Source of the DNA: Candidatus Daviesbacteria bacterium
GTDB lineage: Bacteria > Patescibacteriota > Microgenomatia > Daviesbacterales > UBA10151
Reading direction: 5' to 3'
DNA: 64,000 bases
Assembly: GCA_030699125.1 (NCBI GenBank)
Contig: JAUYKM010000009.1
Coordinates: forward strand, 6,358 to 70,357
This document shows positions 27,425 through 37,888 of this stretch, piece by piece. The notes below the pieces were generated by a model. The model ran no database searches and had not been told where the DNA came from. It saw nothing but the letters and a program-made list of their open reading frames with translations. Both the position numbers and the translations under genes were made by a program. Numbering within the stretch: the first letter of the stretch is position 1; each line of letters begins with the position of its first letter.

Positions 27425-28414
27425 ATGTCTTTTGATTTAATTTCCATTGGTGACACAGTAGTTGATACATTTATTCCATTAGAGGATGCCAAAGTTTTAA
27501 GTGATGATGGACAGCGGATGTTGGCAATGCGTTATGGGGATAAAATTCCAGTAGGACCCTCCACATCTTTGGTAGCAGGAAATGCTGCTAATAATGCAGT
27601 TGGAGGGGCCAGATTAAATCTTAAAACTGCCATCTATACTCATGTGGGTGATAAAGATGATGAAGAATATGATCAAAGAATTGTTTTAAAATTTAAACAA
27701 GAAAAGATCGAAACCAAATATATTACCCATGATAAAAATTTACCTTCTAATCATCACATAGTTTTAAATTTTAAAGGGGAGAGAACCATTTTAATTTATC
27801 ATCAACCTTGGCAATACTCTCTGCCGGATTTTGATTCGGCCAAAAGAGTTTATTTTACTTCCCTAGGTCCAACATTTACTAAATCAAATATTGTAGGGGA
27901 GCTAATAAATTACTTGGAAAGAACTGGAGCCAAACTTCACTACAATCCGGGTACGTTTCAAATTAAAGCAGTGGTAAAAAAATATCCCAGGCTTCTTTTT
28001 TTAACAGAAGTATTTATTGTAAATGCGGAGGAGGCAAAAATAATTTTAGGATTTGATGAATCTGCCAAAATTGATATTAAAAAATTACTAAAAGGGTTGT
28101 TGGGATTAGGTCCCAAAAGAGTAGTTATTACAGATGGGGGAGAAGGGTCATATGGGTATGAAGGAGAACAGTATTATCATTTGGAAGTTTTTCCAGCTAA
28201 ACTTTTAGAAATGACAGGGGCAGGGGACGCTTATGCCACAGGAGTTTTAGCTGGATTTTTTTATGGAAAAGATTTAGTTGAGGCGATGAGATGGGGAGCA
28301 GCCAATGGAGCCTCAGTGGTGGAACAAATCGGTCCCCAGGCAGGATTGTTAACCTATGAGGGTATGCAGGAAAAACTAAAAGAAAATTCTCAAATTGTGG
28401 CAAAAGAAATTTAG
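27425..28414 (+). CDS. PfkB family carbohydrate kinase
   Basis: AGNAANNA, NAEEA and EMTGAGDAY motifs. Confidence 0.9.
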   Translation: MSFDLISIGDTVVDTFIPLEDAKVLSDDGQRMLAMRYGDKIPVGPSTSLVAGNAANNAVGGARLNLKTAIYTHVGDKDDEEYDQRIVLKFKQEKIETKYITHDKNLPSNHHIVLNFKGERTILIYHQPWQYSLPDFDSAKRVYFTSLGPTFTKSNIVGELINYLERTGAKLHYNPGTFQIKAVVKKYPRLLFLTEVFIVNAEEAKIILGFDESAKIDIKKLLKGLLGLGPKRVVITDGGEGSYGYEGEQYYHLEVFPAKLLEMTGAGDAYATGVLAGFFYGKDLVEAMRWGAANGASVVEQIGPQAGLLTYEGMQEKLKENSQIVAKEI

Positions 28415-29097
28415 CTTGAAGGTAGAGGTATAAAAGATAATTCATTTTGAACATCAATTCCTGAATCATTTCCCGAGAAAAATCTTCTTACTACATAAGA
28501 AAAGTTTGATGCCAGTCTTTTTATTCCATCAGGAATACGGGTAGGACAGAAAGCAGATACTTTAGCCATATCCAACAGACTTGTTTGACTGTCAATGCTA
28601 CTATGTGAGGGCGAGATCATTCGCATCATTCTATCCATTACATCTCTTTTTTTCAAATAATCCATATAATCAGGATTATATTGGGTGATTGTGCTCAGAA
28701 CTGATGTCGAATAATTACCAAGTTTAGATTCATTAATTCGTATATCAACTTTTTTAGCAATACCGGTTTGTTCAAATGTTTTAAGATCATAAATCTCACT
28801 TTGTTTCCAATCTGCCACTTTTACCATTACAGCCGGCATCCTTTCCTTGAGACCTGAGGTATATGCAGTAATTGGGCTACTAATGAAGAGCTCATCATTT
28901 ATAATATCTCGTGCAGTTAACACTTCAGTTTGATTTGGCGGGTTACATATTATAAAAATCTCCATTACCCCAGTTCTACTTATAAGTTGAGGTTTTTGAG
29001 CCTCCCGTTCAGCATGAGCCCAGCCTAGTCCAACCCCACCTAAAAGTAAAAGCGCTGCGCCTGTTTCTACAAATTTTCTTACTGGGATTCTCTCCAT
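28411..29097 (-). CDS. hypothetical exported protein
   Basis: N-terminal hydrophobic segment; ATG 29097 is 6 nt after TATAAT. Confidence 0.65.
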   Translation of the reverse strand: MERIPVRKFVETGAALLLLGGVGLGWAHAEREAQKPQLISRTGVMEIFIICNPPNQTEVLTARDIINDELFISSPITAYTSGLKERMPAVMVKVADWKQSEIYDLKTFEQTGIAKKVDIRINESKLGNYSTSVLSTITQYNPDYMDYLKKRDVMDRMMRMISPSHSSIDSQTSLLDMAKVSAFCPTRIPDGIKRLASNFSYVVRRFFSGNDSGIDVQNELSFIPLPSS

Positions 29098-29196
29098 AGA
29101 ACTATTATATAACATATATTTAATTAATTCTCAATATTTCTAGATTAAATAGTTAAAAATGTAGCAAGAGTGAATAAATAATGGTAATGTAAAAGT

Positions 29197-30165
29197 ATGA
29201 CTAAAGTTGTTGTTACCAGGAAAATTCCGGGGAATGGAGTAAAAATGCTTCAGGATGCAGGGTATGATGTGGTAGTTTCACCTCATGATAGACCACTGGA
29301 GCGGCAAGAACTTTTAAATTTTATTCAAGGAGCAGATGGGGTACTATCTCAGCTGACGGATAAAGTTGATGAGGAGTTTATTAATGCCTGCGGCCCAAAT
29401 TTAAAAATTGTGGCCAATTTTGCAGTGGGTTTTGATAATTTAGACACCCCTACCCTAACGTCGCACAATATTGTTGCTACCAATACCCCGGATGTGTTAA
29501 CTGAGGCTGTAGCTGAACATACTTTTGCTTTAATTTTGGCAATCGTGAGGAGAATACCTGAAGCTGATAAATTATCCCGTTCCGGTTCACCTCCAGCATT
29601 TGGCCCGGAAGTGCTATTGGGGACGGAACTTAAGGGAAAGGATTTAGGTGTATTGGGACTGGGCAGAATTGGTTCCAGGGTGGCAGAGCTGGGATATGCC
29701 ATCGGTATGAATGTTATTTATTTTGATAATAATAAACAAAACCAGGAATTGGAGCAGAAAGTTGGTGCGAAGGCAAGAGAATCTGCGGAAGCAGTTCTAA
29801 AAGAAGCAGATGTAGTTTCTATCCATGTACCCCTTTTGGATTCTACCAGACACCTGATTAATGCTGAGAAGCTGCAAATGATGAAACCGACAGCTTATTT
29901 AATAAATACCTCCCGTGGACCGGTGGTGGATGAGGCAGCTTTAGTGGAAGCCCTAAAATCTGGAACTCTTAAGGGAGCAGCCTTGGATGTATATGAAAAA
30001 GAACCTCAGCATGCCCCGGGATTGGATGCATTAAACAACGTAGTACTAACCCCTCATATTGCCTCAGCCACAAATGAGGCCCGCTCCGCCATGGGAGAGC
30101 TGGCAGCCAAAAATATTATAGCCGTCCTTTCTGGACAGCCCCCCTTAACCCCTGTTAAAGTGTAG
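29197..30165 (+). CDS. D-2-hydroxyacid dehydrogenase (glyoxylate reductase/D-glycerate dehydrogenase family)
   Basis: AVGFDN, GLGRIG, INTSRGPVVDE, LDVYEKEP and PHIASAT motifs. Confidence 0.93.
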   Translation: MTKVVVTRKIPGNGVKMLQDAGYDVVVSPHDRPLERQELLNFIQGADGVLSQLTDKVDEEFINACGPNLKIVANFAVGFDNLDTPTLTSHNIVATNTPDVLTEAVAEHTFALILAIVRRIPEADKLSRSGSPPAFGPEVLLGTELKGKDLGVLGLGRIGSRVAELGYAIGMNVIYFDNNKQNQELEQKVGAKARESAEAVLKEADVVSIHVPLLDSTRHLINAEKLQMMKPTAYLINTSRGPVVDEAALVEALKSGTLKGAALDVYEKEPQHAPGLDALNNVVLTPHIASATNEARSAMGELAAKNIIAVLSGQPPLTPVKV

Positions 30166-30170
30166 TTAAG

Positions 30171-30722
30171 ATGGATTTTTGGAAAAAATGGAAATATCCG
30201 TACCTGACTGCTGTCCTAATAAGCATTTTCGTGGCCATTATTTTGGCACAGAATCAAGCTTTTAAAGATTGGTTGCTTAACTTGGGCTCCTTGGAATATA
30301 TTGGTGCAATTATTGCCGGTATGCTGTTTGTATCTTCCTTTACTGTGGCAATATCAACAGTGGTCATTGCCATCATGACCCAAAATATTCACCCTATGGC
30401 TTTGGCGTTAATTGGTGGGGTGGGAGCTGTGATGGGCGACTATTTGGTTTTTAAACTTGTTAGAAGTCATTTGCAGGAAGAGTTGGCCATGCTTTTTGGA
30501 AAGCAAGAGACATCGCACATAAAACATCTGCTTCATTCAAAATACATTGCCTGGACGCTACCGATCATTGGTGTTTTTATTATTGCCTCCCCCTTACCTG
30601 ATGAGATGGGGGTTTCCTTACTAGGTATCTCTAAAATCTCAGAGGCAAGATTCATTCTGATCTCTTATATTTCAAATGCTGTGGGAATTTTAATGATTGC
30701 CTCAGTTGCTAAGGTGATATGA
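30171..30722 (+). CDS. membrane protein
   Basis: Several TM helices; GAVMGD and ASPLPDE motifs. Confidence 0.75.
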   Translation: MDFWKKWKYPYLTAVLISIFVAIILAQNQAFKDWLLNLGSLEYIGAIIAGMLFVSSFTVAISTVVIAIMTQNIHPMALALIGGVGAVMGDYLVFKLVRSHLQEELAMLFGKQETSHIKHLLHSKYIAWTLPIIGVFIIASPLPDEMGVSLLGISKISEARFILISYISNAVGILMIASVAKVI

Positions 30723-30729
30723 TGAGAAT

Positions 30730-30945
30730 ATGTTAAATAGATTTTTAGAGTTTTTTATTGTCGGACTTATCTTAGGGGTTCTAGAGGATTTGATTGCCAT
30801 TTCACTGGCCACAGAGAAAGAGATTGATTTAAGAGTGTTCGTGATCGCCTTTTTTGTGGCATTTCCTTTCGCTGTTTTTTCAGAATTAATTGTAGATCAT
30901 GATAAATTTAGAAAATTAATGAGTAGGTGGTTTAAACGATCTTAA
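30730..30945 (+). CDS. small two-TM membrane protein
   Basis: 71-aa hydrophobic ORF in operon context. Confidence 0.7.
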   Translation: MLNRFLEFFIVGLILGVLEDLIAISLATEKEIDLRVFVIAFFVAFPFAVFSELIVDHDKFRKLMSRWFKRS

Positions 30946-31138
30946 CAGAATTCACAGGCCGCTTTTGGTTGGTCTTTTCTGTTACAACAGGTTGAGCAGC
31001 AATATTCATTTCCTTCTTTAGTATATGACTGACCCGGCTTGATAACTTTGCCGCACCTGTGACATCTATGTTCTTTGGTGTCTTTGGCCATACTTTTGAT
31101 AGTAAACTAAATAAATAATTTCTGTCAACCACGTTCAT
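30932..31138 (-). CDS. hypothetical protein
   Basis: 68-aa ORF downstream of the P-type ATPase. Confidence 0.4.
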   Translation of the reverse strand: MNVVDRNYLFSLLSKVWPKTPKNIDVTGAAKLSSRVSHILKKEMNIAAQPVVTEKTNQKRPVNSVKIV

Positions 31139-31153
31139 GTAAACTGAACGTGG

Positions 31154-33721
31154 TCAACTTTTTCTAAATAGATTAAAGATAGGTGTGACAACGAGCATAC
31201 GCATAATAAATAGTAAGAATATACCTACTCCCAAAAGTAGTCCCCAATCCATAAGAGTTAATGGATGGACTTTAAAAAGTTGCTGTAAAGTTACCCCGGC
31301 GAAGGAGATTGGCAGATACAAAATTAAAAGTTGTAAGATCAGGGAACCTGTTATTGCCAAGACTAGAAATGGATTGGAGAAAAAGGGTAGTTTGTACTCT
31401 GAGCGGATGGCTACAATCCTTAACATTTCATAAAAAACAATGGCGGTAAAAACCATAGTTTGTTCATAAATGGGATCTTTTTGATAGATAAAGAAGATCA
31501 AAAGAATCGCAATGGTCAAAAGAACACTAACCGCCATTAATGGTCCTAAAAATCTGCCTCCGGCAATTTCTTCCCTGAATTTTTGCGGGGGAAGATCCAT
31601 AATATTTTTTCTGGGTGGATCAACCCCCAAAGCTATGGCTGGTAAACCATCAGTGACTAAATTAATCCATAAAAGGTGAATTGGCAAAAGCGGTAGATGT
31701 CCTCCTCCTAAAATAACTGCCAAAGATATGACCAAAACTTCCATGATATTTGAAGAGAGTAAATAATTAACAAATTTTCTGATGTTATCAAAAATGGCCC
31801 TACCCTCTTTGATAGCCTCAACAATTGTCGAGAAATGATCATCCAGTAAGACCATATCAGAGGCTTCTTTGGCCACATCTGTCCCGGTAATACCCATGGC
31901 TACCCCAATATCAGCAGCCTTTAGGGCTGGAGCATCATTAACCCCATCTCCTGTCATGGCCACCTGGTGCCCGTGTGCTTTCAAAGCTTTAATAATTCTG
32001 ATTTTGTGTTCCGGGTTAACTCTGGCATAAATTGCAATTTGCTCCACCTGCTCTTTTAATGCTTCATCGGATAATTTATCCAAGTCTTGACCGGTGATAT
32101 TTTTACCCTCAATGCCAATTTGGCTGGCAATAGCCTGCGCAGTTAAGAGATGATCACCTGTGATCATAACCACCCTGATTTGCGCCTGTTTCTGACAAAC
32201 CTCGATTGCCTGTTTCACCCCTTCTCTTGGTGGATCAATCATCCCGACAAGCCCTAAGAATGTGAGGTTTTCTTCTTTTTCGGAAGAACCATAAGCAATA
32301 GCCAATACTCTTAAAGCTTTCCTGGCCATTTCATCATTTGCTTTAAGAATCTTCATCTTTTGCTCCTCAGTCAAATTTGAACACTTTCCCAAAATAACTT
32401 CAGTGGCCCCCTTACTAATTAATATTTGCCCTTCTTTGTTTTTTACTATTACTGACATCATCTTTCTGTCAGAAGAAAAAGGGATCTCAGAAATTCTTTG
32501 ATAAGTTTTTAAAATTGTTTCTTGGTTTAAACCCGAATCTACGGCTGCCTGAATTAAGGCAGCCTCTGTTGAATCACCAATTATTTGGCCCGCTTCGCCG
32601 CGAGGCGAGCCCCCATTTATTCTGGCATTAGAGGCAAGTAAACCAAAGGTTAAGATTTTTTCTTTATTCTCCCCGAAGATCTCTGTTACCTTCATTACCC
32701 CTTCAGTTAAAGTTCCTGTTTTATCAACGCAAATTACATCTGTTGATCCCAGTGTTTCTGCAGCTGCCAAATGTCTAATCAGAGATTTTTGTTTAAGTAG
32801 TCTCCTGGTTCCTAAGGCTAGGGAAATAGTCACCACCACCGGTAATCCTTCCGGAATAGCTGCTACAGCTAAAGCTATAGCCGAAATTAAAGAATCGAGT
32901 ACATTTTGTCCAAACCCAGTCTGACTGGGTCCAAACAAAAATTGTTCAATTCCAATTAAAGCTGCAATAACAAGTACAATCCTGCCAATTAATTTGCCCA
33001 GATTGTTAAGTTTAAGCTGTAAAGGAGTGGGTGGTTCTATCTCTTGGGAAACCAAATGGGCAATTTTACCAATCTCAGTGCTCATACCTGTGGATATGAC
33101 AATGCCGATACCTCGACCCGCAGCAATGTTGGTACCTGAAAAAAGCATATTTTTCCGCTCAGCCAAAATTACATCTTCAGCTAAAGTGTCAGGATCTTTA
33201 GTCACCGGAGTCGACTCCCCGGTGAGTGAGGCTTCATTAGTTTCCAGACTAAAGGCTTGAATAATTCTAATATCAGCAGGAATTTTTTGTCCTTCCTCTA
33301 AAACAATCAAATCGCCGGGTACTAAATTGGAACTGGCAACCTGCTGGATCACTCCGTCTCTGTAAATACTGGCTTGAACCGTCACCAGTTTTTTAAGCTG
33401 TTTGATAGTTTTTTCAACCCTGTATTCCTGGATAAAACCGACAATGCCGTTTAAAATAACAATTGCCAAAATCAAGGCTGCATCTAAAGTTTCGCCCAAA
33501 ATAAGAGATACTGAAGAGGCTATTAGCAGAATAATAATAAGAAAGCTTCTAAATTGAGAAAAGAAAATCTGAAAAGCACTTTTACCTTTTTCCTCTTGTA
33601 AAATATTTAGACCATATTTTGTAAGTCTTTTTTCTGCCTCTTGAGCTGTTAAGCCTTTTTGTTGATCAGTTTGTAGTTCTTGTATGGTCTGCTCAACTGA
33701 TTTCAGATATGCCTTTTCCAC
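31154..33721 (-). CDS. cation-transporting P2A-type ATPase (Ca2+-like)
   Basis: TGES, IPEGLP, DKTGT, KGA, TGDGVNDAP and WINLVTDG motifs. Confidence 0.93.
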   Translation of the reverse strand: MEKAYLKSVEQTIQELQTDQQKGLTAQEAEKRLTKYGLNILQEEKGKSAFQIFFSQFRSFLIIILLIASSVSLILGETLDAALILAIVILNGIVGFIQEYRVEKTIKQLKKLVTVQASIYRDGVIQQVASSNLVPGDLIVLEEGQKIPADIRIIQAFSLETNEASLTGESTPVTKDPDTLAEDVILAERKNMLFSGTNIAAGRGIGIVISTGMSTEIGKIAHLVSQEIEPPTPLQLKLNNLGKLIGRIVLVIAALIGIEQFLFGPSQTGFGQNVLDSLISAIALAVAAIPEGLPVVVTISLALGTRRLLKQKSLIRHLAAAETLGSTDVICVDKTGTLTEGVMKVTEIFGENKEKILTFGLLASNARINGGSPRGEAGQIIGDSTEAALIQAAVDSGLNQETILKTYQRISEIPFSSDRKMMSVIVKNKEGQILISKGATEVILGKCSNLTEEQKMKILKANDEMARKALRVLAIAYGSSEKEENLTFLGLVGMIDPPREGVKQAIEVCQKQAQIRVVMITGDHLLTAQAIASQIGIEGKNITGQDLDKLSDEALKEQVEQIAIYARVNPEHKIRIIKALKAHGHQVAMTGDGVNDAPALKAADIGVAMGITGTDVAKEASDMVLLDDHFSTIVEAIKEGRAIFDNIRKFVNYLLSSNIMEVLVISLAVILGGGHLPLLPIHLLWINLVTDGLPAIALGVDPPRKNIMDLPPQKFREEIAGGRFLGPLMAVSVLLTIAILLIFFIYQKDPIYEQTMVFTAIVFYEMLRIVAIRSEYKLPFFSNPFLVLAITGSLILQLLILYLPISFAGVTLQQLFKVHPLTLMDWGLLLGVGIFLLFIMRMLVVTPIFNLFRKS
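32589..32611 (+). repeat. GC-rich palindromic element in-frame in the ATPase
   Basis: cccgcttcgccgcgaggcgagcc; the same motif occurs inside lon (52858-52889). Confidence 0.75.
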
Positions 33722-33784
33722 TGTACATCCATTGTAAACAACTCTTCAATTGTTAAATAGATGGAAAATGTGTACCATTAAGTT

Positions 33785-34458
33785 ATGGAAGAAGAAGTAC
33801 AACCCAAGCCAATTTTTCTGCCGGTTATTTCTGATGAGACCAGGCAATATCTTTTAGAAGAACTCGGATTGGATAAAGATGAAAAGACCCGACAGATAGT
33901 CTCCAGTCTAACCGGCGAAAGAGGTGTAAACCCTTATATGGCCATAGATGATTGGATGATGTCGGTATTCAGTAGACTGGCTGATTACAATAAAGCATTT
34001 GTGGAGATTCTAAGTTCAGTATTAGAAAAAAGATATGTGAATGTTAATGGGGGGGGGTGATAGGTGATTATGCAGACGCAGCTTCAAAAGGGATGGCAGT
34101 TGTCGTACAAGCTTATCAGATTGACAGCGGCAGAAACTTATTTTCCCGAGTACAAGATTTAAGTGAGGAAGATCTGTCTGAAATGGGAAAAATTATGGAA
34201 GAGGTTATCCTACCAACTAACACAGATGTATCTCTTCTGAGGCGTGTCCTAAGCACTCCCAGAATTCCTGAACAGCATCTAAATTTGATATATTGTGTTA
34301 ATAAAACTGCAGAAGGAGCAATAGCCTTAGATGATAGAGAATTCAAAGAGGGAGCAGCGGCTATGTTCAGAATACTTTCTTACTTAGCCCCAAAACTATA
34401 CCCAAATCCTTCACAAACTCCGGAGCAACCTCTACCGCCTCCCTCAACAAATCCATAA
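33785..34458 (+). pseudogene. hypothetical gene split at a G9 tract (ORFs 33785-34060 and 34057-34458)
   Basis: G9 at 34049-34057; G10 or G7 would fuse the two ORFs. Confidence 0.55.
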
Positions 34459-34561
34459 AACGAACTATCCAACATGGGAGGTTGATTAGGTTGACACCTA
34501 GGGAAAATTTTACTACCATTTTCTTATTGACTCTTGAAGGGGACGGTCCTGAGGTTTATTG

Positions 34562-35236
34562 TTATATCAATCTAAACTTAGCATTCTTTTTATATCTTCT
34601 TCTCAAATATTTCTTTTGGGCTCTGGTTGAAAATTTATTCGTTCCCAAAACCGCCTCTTCCTTTTCAAATAATTTTTCAATTTCTGAGAAATCTTGTTTA
34701 AGCCCATCATAAATAAATTTTTCATATTGTTTTTGCGACTTTTTTGTTTCTCCAACCAGACGGATGATATCTTCATCAAGGAAATAAAGCGATTCTTGAC
34801 CCACAGCCTCTCTGATACTGCTATATGGATATTTCATTGGGTCCTTAATTAGCCCTGCTTTGACTGGATTGAGATAAATGTATTGAGAAAGCTGGATAAA
34901 ATAAGGATCGCTTTCAATTAGAATACTTTTAAACCTATTTTGAAAAACAGGACCATAGTGATTATAAGTACGGTTAAAATACATGGAATAACTGGTTGTT
35001 AGGGAGGACATAATTTTTGAGATGGGGATTTTACGAGTATGGATAGAGATATGAAAGTGGTTTGGTATCAGACAAAAAGCGTATATGGAATGGTCATATT
35101 TACTTTTTAAACGATAAAGCTTATTTAAGAAAAAATGATAATCTGCCTCTTTTAGAAATACAGGCTGCTTATTAATACCCCTATTAAAAACATGATAAAA
35201 AGCATTTTCAAAAACAAATCTTGGCCCTCTAGGCAT
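34562..35236 (-). mobile_element. REP-associated tyrosine transposase-like (Y1 HUH) gene
   Basis: YHVFNRG, CLIPNHFH, GPVFQNRFKS, YIYLNP and YPYSS motifs. Confidence 0.9.
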
Positions 35237-35337
35237 TAAATAAACTATGACATTTTTAGGTTGCTATGCCAAGCTTTATGAGGACCGTCCCTAAGCGATA
35301 TTGCGCTCAGTATGTATGATATGTGTAGAATGGTATA

Positions 35338-36108
35338 GTGAATATTTTTGAAGTGCTGGCTCATGAAGGGGAAGAAGTTGTCGAGGTAGTTGTTCTCAGA
35401 CTGGATGAGGTTATCCGTACTAACTCCATCAACTATACTATCTGGGCTTTTGTGGCTCTGGCTGCTTTGACTTTTTTATCAATTATCTTAAAAAGATGGC
35501 CCTCTTTGAGGATTTTTTTATTTTTAGGCTTTATTCTGGTAATTCTTGGCAATACTCTTTACTTAATTGGTTCCACTCTTTATTTAAATAAGGAGTCTCA
35601 GAGCGGCGGTCCTGTTCACTATCATGCAGATTTTGAAATATATAGATGTGGACAGAAAATTGATTTGAAGGATCCTGAAGGATTATCCAATAAAGTAGGT
35701 ACCAATGTTATTCATGAGCATGGAGATGACAGGATTCACATAGAAGGAGTGCTTTTGGATAAACATGATGCCTCTTTAGGTCATTTTTTTGCAGAATTGG
35801 GGGGGAGTATGGATGGGAATCATCTTACTGTATCAACTAACAAAAGTCTTCTGACTTTACAAAATGGAGACTTATGCAACGGCCGGCCGGCGCTCTTCCA
35901 AGTTTTTGTTTATCAAACCAAAGGTGAACGTTATTTCCAGCAAAAAATAACTGAAAACCCGGAAGATTATATTATTTCTCCTGAGGGTAACATTCCACCG
36001 GGTGATTGTGTAATTTTAGAATTAGATGCTCTTAAAGACAGAACAGATAAATTGTGTGAACAATACTTATTAAAGAAGGAGACTGGAGAAATTAACAATG
36101 GGAATTGA
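35338..36108 (+). CDS. membrane protein with His-rich putative metal-binding domain
   Basis: Two TM helices, then HYHADF...HEHGDDRIH and several Cys. Confidence 0.75.
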   Translation: MNIFEVLAHEGEEVVEVVVLRLDEVIRTNSINYTIWAFVALAALTFLSIILKRWPSLRIFLFLGFILVILGNTLYLIGSTLYLNKESQSGGPVHYHADFEIYRCGQKIDLKDPEGLSNKVGTNVIHEHGDDRIHIEGVLLDKHDASLGHFFAELGGSMDGNHLTVSTNKSLLTLQNGDLCNGRPALFQVFVYQTKGERYFQQKITENPEDYIISPEGNIPPGDCVILELDALKDRTDKLCEQYLLKKETGEINNGN

Positions 36109-36808
36109 AATACATTTGCCAACTCTGGGACTGGTGGCAGGATCTGCTGCCATTGATTCAATAAACCCTTGTGCCATAGGGGTGTTGATTTTGATGATTT
36201 CTGTAATTATGGCCGGAAAAAAATCTTTGCAGAGAATGCTATTTTTGGGAAGTTTGTATATTTTTTCTATTTTTATTACCTATCTTCTGGCAGGCCTAGG
36301 AATACTTTATTTTTTGGCATCAATCCCTCTTTTTGTAACAGAATATTTATCGATCGGAGTAGGAGGATTAATAATCCTTTTTGGATTGGTGGAAATCAAA
36401 GATTTTTTCTGGTACCAAAAAGGTTTTTCTCTGGGGGTTCCCACAGTTTTTACAGATAAGATTCACAGACTTGCTTATAATACTACTGTTCCCGGAGTAA
36501 TGCTTTTGGGGGCATTTGTGGCAGGAGTAGAACTGCCTTGTACCGGAGCACCGTATCTGGCTATCATCACGGTTTTATCGCTTAATTTTAATATGGCAGC
36601 CTTTTTGATGCTGATTTTATACAATATTATTTTTGTTCTACCGCTTATTGTCATCCTACTTCTTGTGGCTGGCGGATTAAAACTTCATATAGTAAAGAAA
36701 TGGAAACAGGAAGCAAGAGGGTTAATGAGACTGGCCATAGGGTTACTGTTGGTTGGTTTAGGCTGGTTGCTAATTTTGATTGCCAATGGGACAATTAATT
36801 TTGGATAA
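36098..36808 (+). CDS. DsbD/CcdA-like transmembrane protein
   Basis: DSINPCA and ELPCTGAPY motifs. Confidence 0.8.
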   Translation: MGIEIHLPTLGLVAGSAAIDSINPCAIGVLILMISVIMAGKKSLQRMLFLGSLYIFSIFITYLLAGLGILYFLASIPLFVTEYLSIGVGGLIILFGLVEIKDFFWYQKGFSLGVPTVFTDKIHRLAYNTTVPGVMLLGAFVAGVELPCTGAPYLAIITVLSLNFNMAAFLMLILYNIIFVLPLIVILLLVAGGLKLHIVKKWKQEARGLMRLAIGLLLVGLGWLLILIANGTINFG

Positions 36809-36810
36809 AC

Positions 36811-37080
36811 ATGACACATATTGTTAAGAGAAAAGGACATCTGCAGGAGTTTGATGATAGAAAAATATACGGTTCGGTTTATGCTGCTTGTTTAGCATCT
36901 CATACAGATGAGGAGATGGCAGAAGCCACAGCCAATTTGGTAACTAAAGAAGTAAAACAGTGGATGGGAGATAAGAATCAAGTCACTAGCCACGAAATTT
37001 TTAATAAAGTAACTGATGAGTTGGAACACTTAAATAAAGAAGCTGCCTTTATGTATAAAACCCACCGGGATTTGTCTTAG
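36811..37080 (+). CDS. stand-alone ATP-cone domain protein
   Basis: IVKRKGH.QEFD..KI N-terminus; 89 aa. Confidence 0.8.
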   Translation: MTHIVKRKGHLQEFDDRKIYGSVYAACLASHTDEEMAEATANLVTKEVKQWMGDKNQVTSHEIFNKVTDELEHLNKEAAFMYKTHRDLS

Positions 37081-37793
37081 TGAACGTAAACTCTGGTGCC
37101 GGGATTTTCGGCTGTAGCGCGGATTACATTTTGTCCCGCAGGTACTACCGGACCTGCCCATTCAAAAATTTGAGCAGCATAATTTAGCGGTTCATTAACA
37201 CAACCGTGGCTCATGGGTTGACCAAAATTGTTGTGCCAATAAGCTCCATGTATGGCGTAGCCTTTATAGAAAAACATGCTGTGGGGTACATTGGGCAGAT
37301 AATAGTAGGTTCCCAGATCCTTTGATCCACCTGACATTACTTGTGAGCGGGTTTTATACCAAATATAAAAAGTACCCTTAGGGGTGGGAGCCCATTTACC
37401 TCCTGAAATGGGATATTCCATCACCACCACATTGCCTTCCCAAGCTCTTAATCTTTGTTCATCCAAAGAAACTTCGATCCATTTTTCTTGACCAGAAGTA
37501 TTAGTAGTCCCCAAAACTACCTGGTCCTGAGGTTGATTTATTGATTGATAATAGCTGTATGCTAAAGAAGTCTTGGGATAATCAATAGGCTCGTTATTAA
37601 AAATAGCCGTGCCTTCTTTTTCATCAAAACTTCCATCTGAAGATAGAATCTGATCTTCTGTACAACAAGAACTGGTGGGATCATTGGCAATCCCTAATTT
37701 ATAAACCAGATCACGCCTGATTGTTTGAAAATTGAAAAGGATATATGAAAGTACGGTAACTATTAAAAGTAATGGCAGTAGTCTGTGAAGCAT
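37077..37793 (-). CDS. L,D-transpeptidase (YkuD family)
   Basis: TPKG and AIHGAYWH...SHGCVN motifs. Confidence 0.92.
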   Translation of the reverse strand: MLHRLLPLLLIVTVLSYILFNFQTIRRDLVYKLGIANDPTSSCCTEDQILSSDGSFDEKEGTAIFNNEPIDYPKTSLAYSYYQSINQPQDQVVLGTTNTSGQEKWIEVSLDEQRLRAWEGNVVVMEYPISGGKWAPTPKGTFYIWYKTRSQVMSGGSKDLGTYYYLPNVPHSMFFYKGYAIHGAYWHNNFGQPMSHGCVNEPLNYAAQIFEWAGPVVPAGQNVIRATAENPGTRVYVH

Positions 37794-37888
37794 AAGTCTT
37801 CCGCCCAATTAGCGGATCATGCTTCCGTCTTAAGCACAATAATATTGTGAGCCAAATTTGATATGGACGTCAAGAGGCATTTTTTATT

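Noticed and set aside
34482-34712. 76-aa plus-strand ORF
   Set aside because: Antisense to the RAYT gene and running through its flanking repeats.
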